64,000 nt of DNA from Mobula birostris (lineage: Eukaryota), in NCBI RefSeq assembly GCF_030028105.1, contig NC_092397.1, positions 24,934,630 through 24,998,629 of the forward strand, given 5' to 3'. Position numbers and translations under genes: made by a program. Below are positions 1-13,250 of this stretch, one piece after another (position 1 is the stretch's first letter; every line of letters starts with the position of its first letter). The notes beneath the pieces were generated by a model that was given only the letters and a program-made list of their open reading frames with translations, was not told the DNA's origin and did not search any database.

Positions 1-160
<160 letters not shown>

Positions 161-189
161 ACCCGGCCTCCACAACAAGCACAAGAAAA

Positions 190-230
190 GGCTCTTTTAA
201 GAGCCACTACCACAGCAAAGGAAAGGGCTG
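190..230 (+). terminator. Histone 3' stem-loop plus histone downstream element (H3)
   Basis: GGCTCTTTTAAGAGCC at 190-205, then purine-rich AAAGGAAAGGGCTG at 217-230 (U7-binding-like). Confidence 0.95.
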
Positions 231-991
231 TCGCTTGCTGATTATTGTAGTGACGATCTGCCTTCCTGATGGGGTTGTTCGGTTTCGCATTAACTGACCG
301 CAATCATCAGCTGTTCTGTGCCGACAGGTTAATTCAGCAAGAGACAGGAGATGAACGCGCTCCCTCCCTGTCAGGGTCTCATCTGGCCCTTCACTTCTCC
401 CACAAACCTGGCATGTACAGCTGCTGCGGCTGTTACCGTTTTGTTTGCTTTCGACATGCCCGGCTGTCCTTGGAGTGGGAGCATGCGGTCGCAATGGGTA
501 CAGTGGGAGATTTCCGAGAGCGGTAATTATATATTTTTGATTTTATTCTTGTAAATGTTGTGTAAATAAACTTTTGTAGCTGGTACCTGATTGAAGGTCA
601 GTCGGCAAAGTCGCCGGGAAGGTTATCATATATCTTCCCCCTGCAGTCCATCCCCAGAGACAGATCCCTCTCTCAAGACGCCCCCTCCCCTCTCACATAG
701 GTTTCAGCAGTTCCCAATCAACTCAGCTGAATCGGGCTTTGGGATGCGAGGCGCGGAATCTCAGTCACGCTGTCCTGGAGCGGGAGAAGGAACTGGGCCT
801 GCAGACCACCCCACCGGTCTCACTCTCTCTCACACACACACAACCCGAGTGAAACGCAGCGTTTCACTTCAAATCTGGGACGTCAGGGCCGCTCTGAATG
901 TCAAAGAGGTACCGGAAAAATCGGGTTTTATGCGATAAGTTCCCCCGCAAAACTCAGTCGGACCCGGCGCGGGAATCACAATATTCACGAT

Positions 992-1030
992 CAGCTCTTT
1001 TCTGAGATGTGGGTGGCTCTGAGAAGAGCC
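992..1030 (-). terminator. Histone 3' stem-loop plus downstream element (H1)
   Basis: Minus strand GGCTCTTCTCAGAGCC (1030-1015) followed by ACCCA, then AGAAAAGAGCTG. Confidence 0.95.
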
Positions 1031-1066
1031 GTTGGGTTCAAACACTTACAAACGGTATACCTTAAT

Positions 1067-1702
1067 TCACTTTTTGACTGCTGTCTTCTTGGCCGCCGCC
1101 TTCTTCGGGGCTGCGAGTTTCTTGGGGCTCTTTGGCTTCGACGCCGCTGGTTTCTTAGCTGCCGCTTTTTTAGCCGCTGGTTTCTTAGCTGCCGTTTTTT
1201 TAGCCGCTGGTTTCTTAGCTGCCGCTTTTTTAGCCGCTGGTTTCTTAGCTGCCGCTTTTTTAGCCGCTGGTTTCTTCGCTGCCGCTTTCTTAGCCGCTGG
1301 GTTCTTGGCGCCAGACTTCTTGCTTGGAGATTTCTTTACCGATGGTTTGTTCGCTTTCTTCACCGCTTTCACGGCACTTTTTCCTTGACCGGATTTAAAG
1401 GATCCCGAAAGACCCGCGCCCTTGGTCTGAACCAAGGAGCCGCTTTCCACTCTCTTCCTGATGCACATCCTGATCTGGGCGCGACGTTTCCCCACATCGA
1501 CACCGCTGCTGGTCAGAGCCTTCATGATGGCCACAGCGGACATTCCCTTCCGATCGCGACAATCCGCCACAATCTTATCGATTTGTTCGCCCAGCTTGGG
1601 ACCGGCTGGTTTGCTCCGGCCGGCCGCCTTCTTCTTGGGAGTCTTCTTTGCGGCGGCGGGTGCGGCTGGAGGAGCCGTTTCGGCGGGTGCTGTCTCGGTC
1701 AT
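1067..1702 (-). CDS. H1: Linker histone H1, divergent variant, 211 aa
   Basis: MTETAPA N-terminus, globular domain ending LVQTKGAGLSGSFK, K/A/P-rich tail, no introns, followed by a stem-loop. Confidence 0.95.
   Translation of the reverse strand: MTETAPAETAPPAAPAAAKKTPKKKAAGRSKPAGPKLGEQIDKIVADCRDRKGMSAVAIMKALTSSGVDVGKRRAQIRMCIRKRVESGSLVQTKGAGLSGSFKSGQGKSAVKAVKKANKPSVKKSPSKKSGAKNPAAKKAAAKKPAAKKAAAKKPAAKKAAAKKPAAKKTAAKKPAAKKAAAKKPAASKPKSPKKLAAPKKAAAKKTAVKK
1143..1306. repeat. 30-bp coding tandem repeat (KKAAAKKPAA) about x5.5 in the H1 tail
   Basis: GCCGCTGG recurs at 1143, 1173, 1203, 1233, 1263 and 1293 with near-identical units. Confidence 0.95.
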
Positions 1703-1777
1703 GTCGGCGACTCTGGAAAATGCTTCTCACAATCAGACTGAATGAGAACTGAAGCGAAAGGCGGCGGCCCAGAGCAA

Positions 1778-1849
1778 TTTAAAGACAGCGAGCGGACGGG
1801 GCGGAGACATCCTGCTGTCAGCTCCCGGAGACTTCATTTTTCTGTGTTT
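1778..1849 (-). promoter_or_regulatory. H1 promoter: TTTAAA TATA-like box, GC box, H1 box AAACACA
   Basis: TTTAAA at 1778-1783, GGGGCGG at 1798-1804, TGTGTTT at 1843-1849 (AAACACA on the minus strand, the H1-specific AC box). Confidence 0.75.
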
Positions 1850-2250
1850 CTCTCTCCTCAAAAACCCTCCGATTCCAATTAAAATCGGACACTCCAGAGA
1901 CCCAGACTGGTCCTTGTCCGTCACTGAGGCCGCAAAGTTCGCCGGAAAGAGAGTTTAATCGGGATTAAAGGCAGCACTTTCTATTTTAACCCGTTTGATT
2001 ACTGCACTGCCCGCGATCTCTCTCCATTTTGTTGACCTGTTCTCTGCTTTTCGGCTGAAATTTTGAAACTAACTAAAACTTTGCGATTAATTCCCGCTTC
2101 GGGACTGAGCTGGGGAGTGGGGCGATCCCATAACAGAGAAATCTTTTCTTTTTGTACAGGAGGCGCTGGGAAATCCGGCGATGTGTTCGGACCCACAAAC
2201 ACAGTGATACTCGTCTAATCGCCCGCCGCTTTAAAACACTCTCTCTGAAT

Positions 2251-2400
2251 CAGCAAGTCAGGCAGCATCAATGGTGAGAATAAACAGTGGACATTTCGGG
2301 CCGAGTCCCTTCATCAGGACTCTGGTGGGAGATGCTGCCTGACTTGCTGGGTTCCTCCAGCATTTTGGCCGCGTTGTTCGCCATTCCCAGAATCTCTTGT
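2251..2400. mobile_element. Fold-back Penelope-derived repeat with a hammerhead-like motif
   Basis: Perfect 19-bp inverted repeat (2251-2269 and 2331-2349). Minus strand 2322-2285 reads GAGTC CTGATGA A GGG ACTCGG CCC GAAA T GTC CACTG. Confidence 0.75.
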
Positions 2401-2539
2401 CGTTATGCTGACACAATGTTCACATCTGCACCTTCAGAGGCCTGTACTGCTGTCAGAACAAAACGACAGGTTCCTCGTCATATAACACGGTGATAAATCT
2501 GATTCTGATTCCAAGGAATAAAGGACAAAGGACATTGTC

Positions 2540-4470
2540 TGACCAAACTGACTATGTAACTGAGAACCTCGGGTCCGGGAAATATACCTTGGAAATCTTT
2601 TCTACACTTTCCCCAGTTTAACCACGTTTCCTATAATGGTGACAAGAGCTGTATACAAATCGGCAAGTGTGTCCTCCAGTCATTTACACAACTGTGACAT
2701 AATGTCACAACTGATATACTCTATCCCCTGACTAATGAAGACCAGCATGTTAAACCCCGTTCTTCACCACCCTGTCTGCAAGTGACACAACTTTCAATGA
2801 ACTGTGTTCACTTTACCCCTAAATCTCTCCGGCCCATTCCAGTCCCCAATGACCGATCTTTCATAGTGTAAGTTCTACACTGGTTTGACTTTCCAATATG
2901 CACCGCCTCACACTTATCTGTATTGAAATGCATTTGCCACACTTGACCCTCTTCCCTAAGTGATCATGAGCACCCTGTAATCCGCGACATCCTTCCAAGT
3001 TAAGTTGAGGGAAGTTTCTCCAACTCATTAATAAAACTTTTGTGCACTGGCATTGATCAGTGAAGGTCAGTGAAACCTTGTCCATTCTTGCCTCTTTTAC
3101 TCTTCATATATCTGAAAATAAATCTTTTTGTATCTTGTTTCTATTATTGGCCAGTTACTTTCATAATTCATCTGAGTTCTGCATATTGTTATTATAGTTG
3201 TTCTGTTTTTTTGTTTTAAGTTTCCCATTCCTTTAGCTTCCCATTAATTTTGGTGATATTCTTTGCCCTCTCATGTTCTTTTATGCTGCCTTTGTCTTCT
3301 GTTGTTAGCGATGGTTGCCTCATCCTCCCTTTTAAATACTGTTTCTGCTGAGGGATGAACCGATCCTGTGTCTGCCAAATTTCTCCTGGAGACTGAAACT
3401 TTTCACACAAGGTAATCTGGGAAAGTTGAAATGCCCAACTGCTGTAAACTTGTTCCCATTACCCCTCTGTGTGATTTACTAATATGTCTGCTGCACAATA
3501 TCTGAGCCGATTGGGAGGCCGGCAGTATAATCCCATCAAAATCATCATTCATCATTTTATTTAAAACCTATACTTACAAGACCTCATCAAAACCCCTCTT
3601 ATTACTGAAGTGTTGGTCTCCTTATTCAAAGATGCAACATCCCCCACCCATAAGGTAGCTTTTAAATGTTTCCCCTTCATCTTAAACCATTACCCTGTAA
3701 ATTTAGGCTTCCCTACCCTACAAAAAGAGTGCTCACCTACTGATTTTGTAAACCTCTGGACGGTCACCAGACAGCTCCTTACACTCTCAGGAGAGAGAAA
3801 GAGAGTCCCAGTCTGTCCAGCTTCTGCTGATAATTAAAGTCCACCAGTGTCAGTAGCATTCTCATCAAACTTCCCTCCACACTTGCCAGCTTCATGACAT
3901 CTTTCCTGCAACTGGATGACCAGAACTGTGCAAAATACAGTCTGGTCTCACTTTGACTTTTACAGCTGTCATACGGCATCCCCAATTCTCTACTCAGTTC
4001 CCTGATCAATGAAGACAAATAGGCCAAACACCACCTTCACCATCCTGACTACCTGTGTTGTCTCTTTCAGTGAATGATGTTTCTGTATTTCATGGACCCT
4101 CTTCTGTAATACTCTCCAAGGGACAAGAATTTACTGTGCAGATCCTTCCCTGGTTGAACTTCTCATAATGCAACACCTCAAACTTGTCCACATCAATATC
4201 CTTCTGCCATTTTTTGGCCGTCTTCCCCAGTTAATCTCCATCCTATTGTACTCTCACACAATCTTCACAGTCCACACTACCACCAGCATTGCTGTCATCT
4301 GCAAACTCACTGTCACCACAATGTCAGAAAATTGTTAATGTAGATGACAATTGACAGTACCAGCACCGATCCCTGTGACTGTCACTGGTCAGAGGCCTCC
4401 AACCTGAATAACAAGCTGCCATGACCACCCTCTGCCTCCTTCCATCAAGACAAGTATCTTGTCTGGCATC
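2540..4470 (-). mobile_element. Degenerate CR1-type LINE fragments
   Basis: RT C-terminal remnants such as AQFWSSSCRKDVMKL (ORF 3779..4027) and a FADD-like remnant near 4295; many stops and frameshifts. Confidence 0.7.
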
Positions 4471-4984
4471 CCCTCTGCTCCAAATGTGTAATACAAAAGA
4501 AATAAAGATTAAATCAAAATATATCTACCTATGGCCTACATCTCTCAGAAGAGACAAAACCTGAACTCCCCACTCCAATTCTGGCCCACTCATACAATGA
4601 CCGCTCTGGTTAAGTATAACTTTTTATTGGATCTTGCCACGTTCTGAATTATGGGCAATCAAACATTTCCTCGGGAACTGTGACATGCAAAATGTGCCAA
4701 CTGCCCAGGTTCACTTCATCAAACTCCCTCTCCCTTTACATAATCTGATGACTGTGTGGAACTGTGGCACTCAAAACTGTGGACTGCAGGAAACCAGAGT
4801 ACATGCCTGCACTGTTCTACAAGGCCACAAATGATTAAAAAAACACTGTATAACAAACACTGGAATTCCCCAACTGAGATGAATGGGGAGGCTGGATAAC
4901 TGAAAAGATTCAAAGAGAAGGAAGATAAATGTTTGTAAAATCAGGGAAGTGGGATTGACATACAAGGAAGGCTGATGGCAGATC

Positions 4985-6620
4985 AGACTTTATATGGAAT
5001 TGTGGGTGAGGGACTAAGAGAGGACACACTGGAGGGTTCATCCAGTGGGACAATGTGGATAGAGCTCAGGATAAGAGAGGTGCATTCACTGATGGGGTTA
5101 TACCATAGGCCTCCCAAATGCCGGCAGGAGATAAAGGAACAGAAATGTAGCAGGTAATGAAAGATGTAAAAGCAACAGGGTAGTTGCAGTGGGTGACTAA
5201 TTTCCCCAATGTTGACTGGGACTCCCTTAGAGTCAGGGGCTTAGATATCACCGAATATGTTAGAAGAATACTGGGATGTTACTTAACATAGAAGTGGATA
5301 GTCTAACCCGGGAAGGGAGCCATAGAAACATAGAAAATAGGTGCAGGAGTAGGCCATTCGGCCCTTCGAGCCTGCACCGCCATTTATTATGATCATGGCT
5401 GATCATCCAACTCAGAACCCCGCCCCAGTCTTCCCTCCATACCCCCTGACCCCCGTAGCCACAAGGGCCATATCTAACTCCCTCTTAAATATAGCCAGTG
5501 AACTGGCCTCAACTGTTTCCTGTGGCAGAGAATTCCACAGATTCACCACTCTCTGTGTGAAGAAGTTTTTCCTAATCTCGGTCCTAAAAGGCTTCCCCTC
5601 TATCCTCAAACTGAGGCCCCTCGTTCTGGACTTCCCCAACATCGGGAACAATCTTCCTGCATCTAGCCTGTCCAATCCCTTTAGGATCTTATACGTTTCA
5701 ATCAGATCCCCCCTCAATCTTCTAAATTCCAACGAGTACAAGCCCAGTTCATCCAGTCTTTCTTCATATGAAAGTCCTGCCATCCCAGGAATCAATCTGG
5801 TGAACCTTCTTTGTACTCCCTCTATGGCAAGGATGTCTTTCCTCAGATTAGGGGACCAAAACTGCACACAATACTCCAGGTGTGGTCTCACCAAGGCCTT
5901 GTACAACTGCAGTAGTACCTCCCTGCTCCTGTACTCGAATCCTCTCGCTATAAATGTCATAGAAAACATTGTATTGGGAAATGAGCCTGGCCATTGATAG
6001 AAGTTTCATTTTGGGAACAGTAAATAAGGACAAGACTGGACCTGGTGGTAATATGGTCATTTGGGGTACAGTTAATTGCAACTGTCTACATTGAACATGT
6101 AAATGATGTTTAAAAGCAATCGGGTCAGAATTCAGACAGAACTGTTTCTATGAGGAGGAAACACAAGGATGGTAAAGTCTGGCAGAGGGGCATAGTGAGA
6201 GATGTTATGAATTCAGACTGAAAGAAAATGAAGGATAAGGAATATTTCAGAAGTAGAAATTGGAGAAAGCCTCTGGCAACATGAAACAAGTAAGAGAGAA
6301 GTTAGAGAGAGAATCAGAAGTGTGAAACGGGAAGAAGAAATAACTTTGGTGAGAAGGGGCACTGCGAAGAGGGTACGACAACACAAGCACAGAGGAGAGA
6401 GTTTATGTCTGAAGTGTGCGAAGGACTAAACCTGTACTTCTCATCAGTATTCATCAATGTGGTCATGGAGGATAGTGAGATCAGAGAAGGGAATGTTGAT
6501 ATTCCAGGGCATGTTGTTCCTCAGGCAATGGAGACAAATTACAGATTGGTGAGTCTTGGATCAATGTTCGGGAAATTATTCGAGAATATTATTAGAGATA
6601 GGATCTCTAATAAAAGTTTG
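4985..6620 (+). mobile_element. Old CR1 endonuclease/tether region, interrupted by a younger CR1
   Basis: WIELR..MGLYHRPP and VLGNEPG endonuclease motifs lie on both sides of the 5321-5965 insertion. Confidence 0.75.
5321..5965 (-). mobile_element. Young 5'-truncated CR1 LINE 3' end with target-site duplication
   Basis: Uninterrupted ORF 5412..5969 (LYKALVRPHLEYCVQFWSP..RRLRGDLIETYKI..FFTQRVVNLWNSLP), a (TTTCTATG)n tail, and CATAGAAA at both 5321-5328 and 5958-5965. Confidence 0.9.
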
Positions 6621-6789
6621 GAGGGTAAAAGGAGGATATCATGATTCAGAAGGCAAAGTGAGCAAAATCCAAGAGATTCTCTTGGTATATTCATAGGAAA
6701 AGTTAAGTTAGACACAGAATCGTTCCCCTTGGAGGTGAACATGGCCATCTGTGTGTGGAGGCAAATGAAATAGGAGAGGCTATCCATGA

Positions 6790-9700
6790 ATATTTCTGAC
6801 AGTTATTCCACCATTGCAAAAATTCTTTAAGGTTGTTAAATCTCCAGGGCTTTATCAGGTACATTCTCGTACTTTGTGGGAAGCTGGAGAATACACTGTG
6901 GAGGCCAGGGGAGAGATTATTTTGCTTCATCTCAGGCACCAGTTGAGGTTGCACATGATTGGACAGGGTGAGCAATGTGGAATTGATAGTTTTGAGGCCC
7001 AGACTGTGGATGATATGAAGAGACAGGCAGTGTTGAGGAAGCAGGGAGTCTGCAGTAGCATTTGACAGATTTAGAGAATGGACAAGGAAGTGCCAGATAA
7101 AATACAGCGTAAGGAAGTGTGTGGTCATGTACTCTGGTAGGAGGAATAACACCCTAGGCTCTTTCTAATCAGGGAGAGAACAGAAATCAGTTGTGTGAAG
7201 GGTCTTAGTGCACGATTCCCTAAAGGTTAATGCACACATTGAGTTGGTAGTGAGGAAGGCAAATGTAATACTTGCATGCATTTCAAGAGAACTAGAAAAT
7301 AAAAACAAGGATCTAATGCTGAGGCTTTGGTCAGACCTTATTTGGAGTATCATGAGCAGGCTTGGGTAACTTTTCTAAGAAAGGATGTGCTGGCATTGCA
7401 GAGGCTGTAGTGGAAATTCATGAGAATGATCCCAGGACTGAAAGAGTTAGGATGTAATAATCATTTGATAATCTGGGCCTGCAGTCACTGGAGTCTAGAA
7501 GAATGAGGGAGAATCTTATAGAAACACATTGAATATTGAACGGCCTAGATAGCGTTGATGTGAGAGGATGTTTCCAATAATGGAGGAATCTAGAACCAAA
7601 CCACACCCTCAATAAAAGATGCCCCTCTAGAATAGAGATGAGTAATTTCTTTAGTCAGAAGGTGATGAATCAATGGATTTCATTTCCACAGACAGCCATA
7701 AAGGCAGTCAGTGTTTTTTTTTAAAGCAGAGGTTAGTAGATTTTTAATTATTATTAAGGGTATCAAAGTTTATGGGTAGAAGGCAGGAGAATGGGGTTGA
7801 GATGGATATATGATGGAATGGCAGAACAGACTGAATGGGCCAAAAGGCCTAATCCTGCTCCTGTGACTTCAGGACTGATGGTTTATGCGCTGCCATTGTT
7901 CAAAAAGGGTAGTGGAAACTACAGGCCCATCAGTCTGTAATTTGTTGGAAGAGTTTCTGATGAACAGGATCCACCAAAATTTGGTTTGATTCAAGACAGT
8001 CAGCACAGTTTTGTGCAAGGAAAATTATGTCTGGTAATTTCTTGCAGCCCTTTGAGGGGTTTCACAAGGGCGTAGATGAGGTTAGGGCTGTGGATGTTGT
8101 TTATATGGACGTTAGCCAAGCCTTTGATTATAGTCTGGAAGGTTAGATCTAGAAACTGGAATCTGGGGAGATAGTTGATCGATTCCATAATTGCCTCGGT
8201 GACAGGAGGCAGAGGCTGATGGTTGAGGGTTGTGTCTCAGACTGGAGCTGTCTGTCTAGTGGTGTGCCACTGGGTGACAGGACCTTTGTTGTTTGTAATT
8301 TATATAAATAATGTCCATCTGAATGTGTAATTCACTGAAAGTGACGTCTCAGCTAGATACGGTGGTGAAGATGGGGTTTGATCTGCTGGCCTTCATCATT
8401 CATGTCACTGAGTACAAGAGTTGAGAAGAAGTGTTGCAGATACACAAGTCTTCGGTGAGGACTGATTAAAGGAAACCATGCTGACTTTGGCCTATTTTTT
8501 CATGTGTTGCCAAGTACCCAAAAATACATCCTTGACAATTGACTCCATCATCTTCCCAACCACTGAGATCGGACTAGCTGGCCTATGATTTGCTTTCTTC
8601 TGCTTCTCTCTCTTTAAGAGTGGATGACCTTTGCAATTTTCCTGTTCTCTGGAACCACACCAGAATCCAGAGATTATGGAAAGATTATTACTAAAACTGC
8701 CACAATCTCTTCAGCCACATCTTTCATAGAACTGGTGTAGATAATCTGGTCCAAGGGAATTTTCTACCTTCAGACCTTTCAGTTTCCCAAGGACCATCTC
8801 CCTAGTAAAGGCAAAATCACTCATTTCTGCCCCGTTTCTCTTGAATTTCCAGCAGACTGCTAATATCGTCCCCAGTGAAGACTGATGCACAATACTTATT
8901 CAGATTGTCTGCCATTTTCCTGTACCCCATTACTACCTCTCCAGTAACATCTTCCAATGAACTAATATCTACTTTTGCCTCTCTTTTACACTTTGTATAT
9001 CTGAAGAAACTTTTGGTATCCTCTTTAATACCAGTGGCTAGCTTACCTTTGTATTCCAACTTTTCCCTCTCTTCATGACTTTTTTTGTTGCTTTTTGTTG
9101 GTTTTAAAAGTTGTAAATACTCTGAGAGTCAGGGACATCTCGGAGCAGATACAGAACAGGGGGATGGTGTTCATTCAGCCAGAGATGGTGATTCACATCG
9201 GTACCAATGGACAGGTAGAAAAGGGATGATGTCCCACAGAGAGTTAGGGAAGAAGTTATGGAGCAGAACCTGAAATGTTGTAATCTCCAGTTTACTCCTA
9301 GTGCCCTGTGGTGGTAGGGATACAAACAGAAAGTGAGAGCTAATGAATGTGTGGCTAAGGAGCTGATACAGGGACAGGGTTTCAGGATTACGGAACATTG
9401 GAACCTCTTCTGGTGCTGGGGTGACATTTACAAGAGGAATGGTTTGCAGTTTCAGTGGAGGGCGGTCAGGATCATGAAGTTCATTGCTGCACCCTATGAG
9501 GGTTGAAACGAGATTGACAGGGGGATGTGAAACAGAACACTAGTCACTGAATGGAGAGATTGAAGCTAAGTTAGATGCCAGGCACAGCAATATGTAATGA
9601 TGGATTTTGAGTCAAATCCACATCTGACCTGGAGTTTGTTTAAAGACCAGTGCAGTGTTTCAGGGCCAGTTTGTTCCAGTAAGAGGGAGGGTCAAGAATG

Positions 9701-10900
9701 GCAAGGTTCAGGAACCTTGGATGATGAGACAGGAAGTTAATTTAATCGAGGAGGAGGAAGAAGCATAAGTAAGGCTTAGGAAGCTAGAATCAAACAGGGT
9801 GTTTGAGGACTATATTTAAAAAAATAGGGGAACTCAAGAACATTCGGAGAGCTGGAAACAGTGATGAAAAATCTCTGGCAAGTAGGATTGAAGATAATCC
9901 CATTGTATTCCGTACATTCGTTGTGGTGAAAAGGATACCTAGGGCTGCACTTTGGGAGATCCAACATCAAGGGTGTGTACACAGTTAATGGCAGGAACAT
10001 TAACAGTATTGACAAAGAGAAGGATGTCGAGGTTCAGAGACATCGGTTCCCTAAAACTGGGAGCACAGGTTGACAGGGAGGTGAAGTCGGTGTATGGCAT
10101 GTTTACCTTCATCAGGCAAGGCATTGAGTTCAAGCACCAGGACATGATGTTACAGGTTTATAAAATGCTGGTTAGGCCACATTGAGAGTATCGTGTTCAG
10201 TTCTGATCACCTCATTATAGGAAGCATGTGGAGGGTTTGGAGCAGGATGTCTGGAGGAGGTGTGCGCTGAGGAGAGGCTCGACATGCTGAAACTTTTTGC
10301 TTCTGGAGTGGCGTTGGCTCAGGAGAGATTTGATAGAAACCTGTGGAATTTTGTGGTCATAGTTGGTGTAGACAGCCAGTAATATTTTTCACAGAAGGCA
10401 TGTATTTAAGCTCAGAGGAAGAAAGTGAAGAAAACAGATTGATGGAGACATGGAATGCACTGCCAGGGGTGGTGGCAGAGACAGAGAGCACAGGAGTATT
10501 TAAGGAAATCTTAGACAGTCACAAGTATATGTAGAGAAGGGCCAAAGGGCCACTCCTGTACTGTCCTTTGTTCTCTGAACAGCAGATGGCCCCTGGGCAT
10601 GGATCCGTGCAGGAGACTGGGATATTATATCCCCAACAGAAAAATGATTGTCGGAGGGGCAGGACCGGCAGCTCAGTTTCACAGTACAAATGCTACAGGT
10701 ACGATGGAGTGGAGGGGAGAGATGTGTTTGACCAGGGAGAACATCTCAGTGGTACTTAAAGAAGACATCCCTGGGGATTGCCGCATCATGTATACTGGGA
10801 CCGCCGCACTGCAAAAGGGTTGGTGGCGCAGAATTTATTCTGTGTGTCCAGTTTTATCAATCAGTATTTAGAAGTTCCTACTAGAGACAGGACAGCACTG
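6790..10900. mobile_element. Mosaic of degenerate CR1 fragments (mostly +; 8470-9110 on -)
   Basis: RT and 3'UTR remnants at 7050-7880, RT at 7890-8460, ORF1 esterase remnant at 9120-9520, and MLQVYKMLVRPH in ORF 9952..10185. Confidence 0.75.
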
Positions 10901-11521
10901 AACCTCCTTGTCGATCCACCCACCCCCTCCCTTTTCTTCCTGGCACAAACAAAAGTCTGTATCAGAGCGACCCACCGCCTCACAGAGGGAGCCGTGTCTC
11001 GGGAGATCTGACCAAACTGACCCTTTCTTTGCAAATGTTCATTTATATTTCAGAGACCCAGGCGGACGAGATTTTCAGTAAATACTGTCAGTTCCATACG
11101 GTAAATGTACTTTTGCAGATAAATGTAAAGCTGCAAATCAATATTGTTCTGTGAGGCGGTGGGAATTGCTCATGAAGCGATCAGTGGGACGGTCCAGGGT
11201 CAACCCGCAATGTGAAACCCAGACAACGCGGTTTCAGGTCATGAAGACCGGAATCGTTCAATGATCGGAGATTAAATTCACCCTCCGGGGGCTGACTCTG
11301 AAAGTTAATTTCCCCGCCCCACAAGGGGAGAGAGCTCCATTCAGCCAGCAGAGAGGGGAAATGAGGCAGGGTGTAGCGGACCGCGTACTCTGCAGACTTT
11401 TACCGATTTAATTCGCGGAAGAAACACGACGGAAGGAGAGAAAACGTTACCAGGGATGCCTCCGATCGGGGCCGTGTCAGATACACAGCCGAGTTACTCC
11501 GAACGGTAATCACCCGCTGTT

Positions 11522-11562
11522 CAGCCCTTCCACAGACACTGTGAGTGGCTCTGAAAAGAGCC
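11522..11562 (-). terminator. Histone 3' stem-loop plus downstream element (H2A)
   Basis: Minus strand GGCTCTTTTCAGAGCC (11562-11547) followed by ACTCA, then GGAAGGGCTG. Confidence 0.95.
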
Positions 11563-11592
11563 TTTGGGTAAATAGGTTCAGTTTACGTCGCT

Positions 11593-12150
<558 letters not shown>

Positions 12151-12777
12151 AAGAGCCCGTAAAGGCAGAAGCGCGGAGTGTAACCATCTCCTCCCCAAAG
12201 TACTCTGAAAATTGGAAAAAGCCCGCCAAAAAAAACTCATTGTTCAAATTTAATCTGAAATTAAATCATTGCTGATCTGTTTGAGGACTGGGTCTTCGTA
12301 TTTCCCCCTGTTATTGAAACCGGGCACATTTAATGTAAGTGTAGTTGATAATGGAGTGTCTGGGAACTCAAATTTCTTTCAACTCGTAAAGGAACCGAGT
12401 AAAACTGACACTCAGCTTCTGCCCGGTGCTGGTCATTGTGTAAACGTTAGCAGGTTATGGACAAACGGTCTCAAACTGTGACCAGCGGCTAGTCTGCAAT
12501 TTTTTTAAAAAAACTGTTCTATGAAAGAACCGTGAAGTCGTTCCGGCCTCGAATTAAAATGAGATTCAGAGAAGTTACCTAACTCCAAATAATAAACTCC
12601 TGAACCCACAGCTAAAACAGCAACGGGAGTGGGAGGAATGTTAAACACCAGGATTATAGGGGGAAGATGAAGCGGATATTCCAACCGCTCTTTAGCTCCT
12701 GTAAAAGCCACCACACATAAAACGTGCGCCATGTATTGCCTAAATGCTAGTACAACTCTCTCAGTGAAATCGTGAGT

Positions 12778-12793
12778 GGCTCTTAAAAGAGCC
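12778..12793 (-). terminator. Histone 3' stem-loop (H2B copy 1)
   Basis: Minus strand GGCTCTTTTAAGAGCC followed by ACTCA and a downstream GAGAGAGTTG. Confidence 0.95.
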
Positions 12794-12824
12794 GTTGTGT
12801 TTTCGATCATCTCACTGGGGAACT

Positions 12825-13199
12825 TTACTTGGAGCTGGTGTACTTGGTCACCGCCTTTGTCCCTTCGGAAACGGCGTGCTTGGCCAGCTCCCCGGGCAGC
12901 AGCAGGCGCACGGCGGTCTGGATCTCCCGTGAGGTGATGGTTGACCGCTTGTTGTAATGGGCCAGGCGTGAAGCCTCGCCCCCGATGCGCTCGAAGATGT
13001 CGTTGACGAATGAATTCATGATGCTCATGGCCTTGGAGGAGATGCCAGTATCGGGGTGAACCTGCTTCATCACTTTGTAGATGTAGATGGAGTAACTCTC
13101 CTTCCTCAGCCTCTTGCGCTTCTTCCCTGCCTTACCGGCTGGTTTGGGCAGAGTTTTCTTGGCGCCCTTCTTCGGAGTGGGTTTCGCTGTCTCAGGCAT
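12825..13199 (-). CDS. H2B: Histone H2B copy 1, 124 aa
   Basis: [65 protein letters not shown]; ATG at 13199-13197. Confidence 0.98.
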   Translation of the reverse strand: MPETAKPTPKKGAKKTLPKPAGKAGKKRKRLRKESYSIYIYKVMKQVHPDTGISSKAMSIMNSFVNDIFERIGGEASRLAHYNKRSTITSREIQTAVRLLLPGELAKHAVSEGTKAVTKYTSSK

Positions 13200-13250
13200 T
13201 TCAGCTGACCGCTTCAGAACCACAAATCAGCAAAACGGACCCGGAGCACG

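Noticed and set aside
1007-1741. Long + strand ORFs (244 aa and 118 aa) with repetitive hydrophobic peptides
   Set aside because: They are antisense shadows of the repetitive, GC-rich H1 coding sequence.
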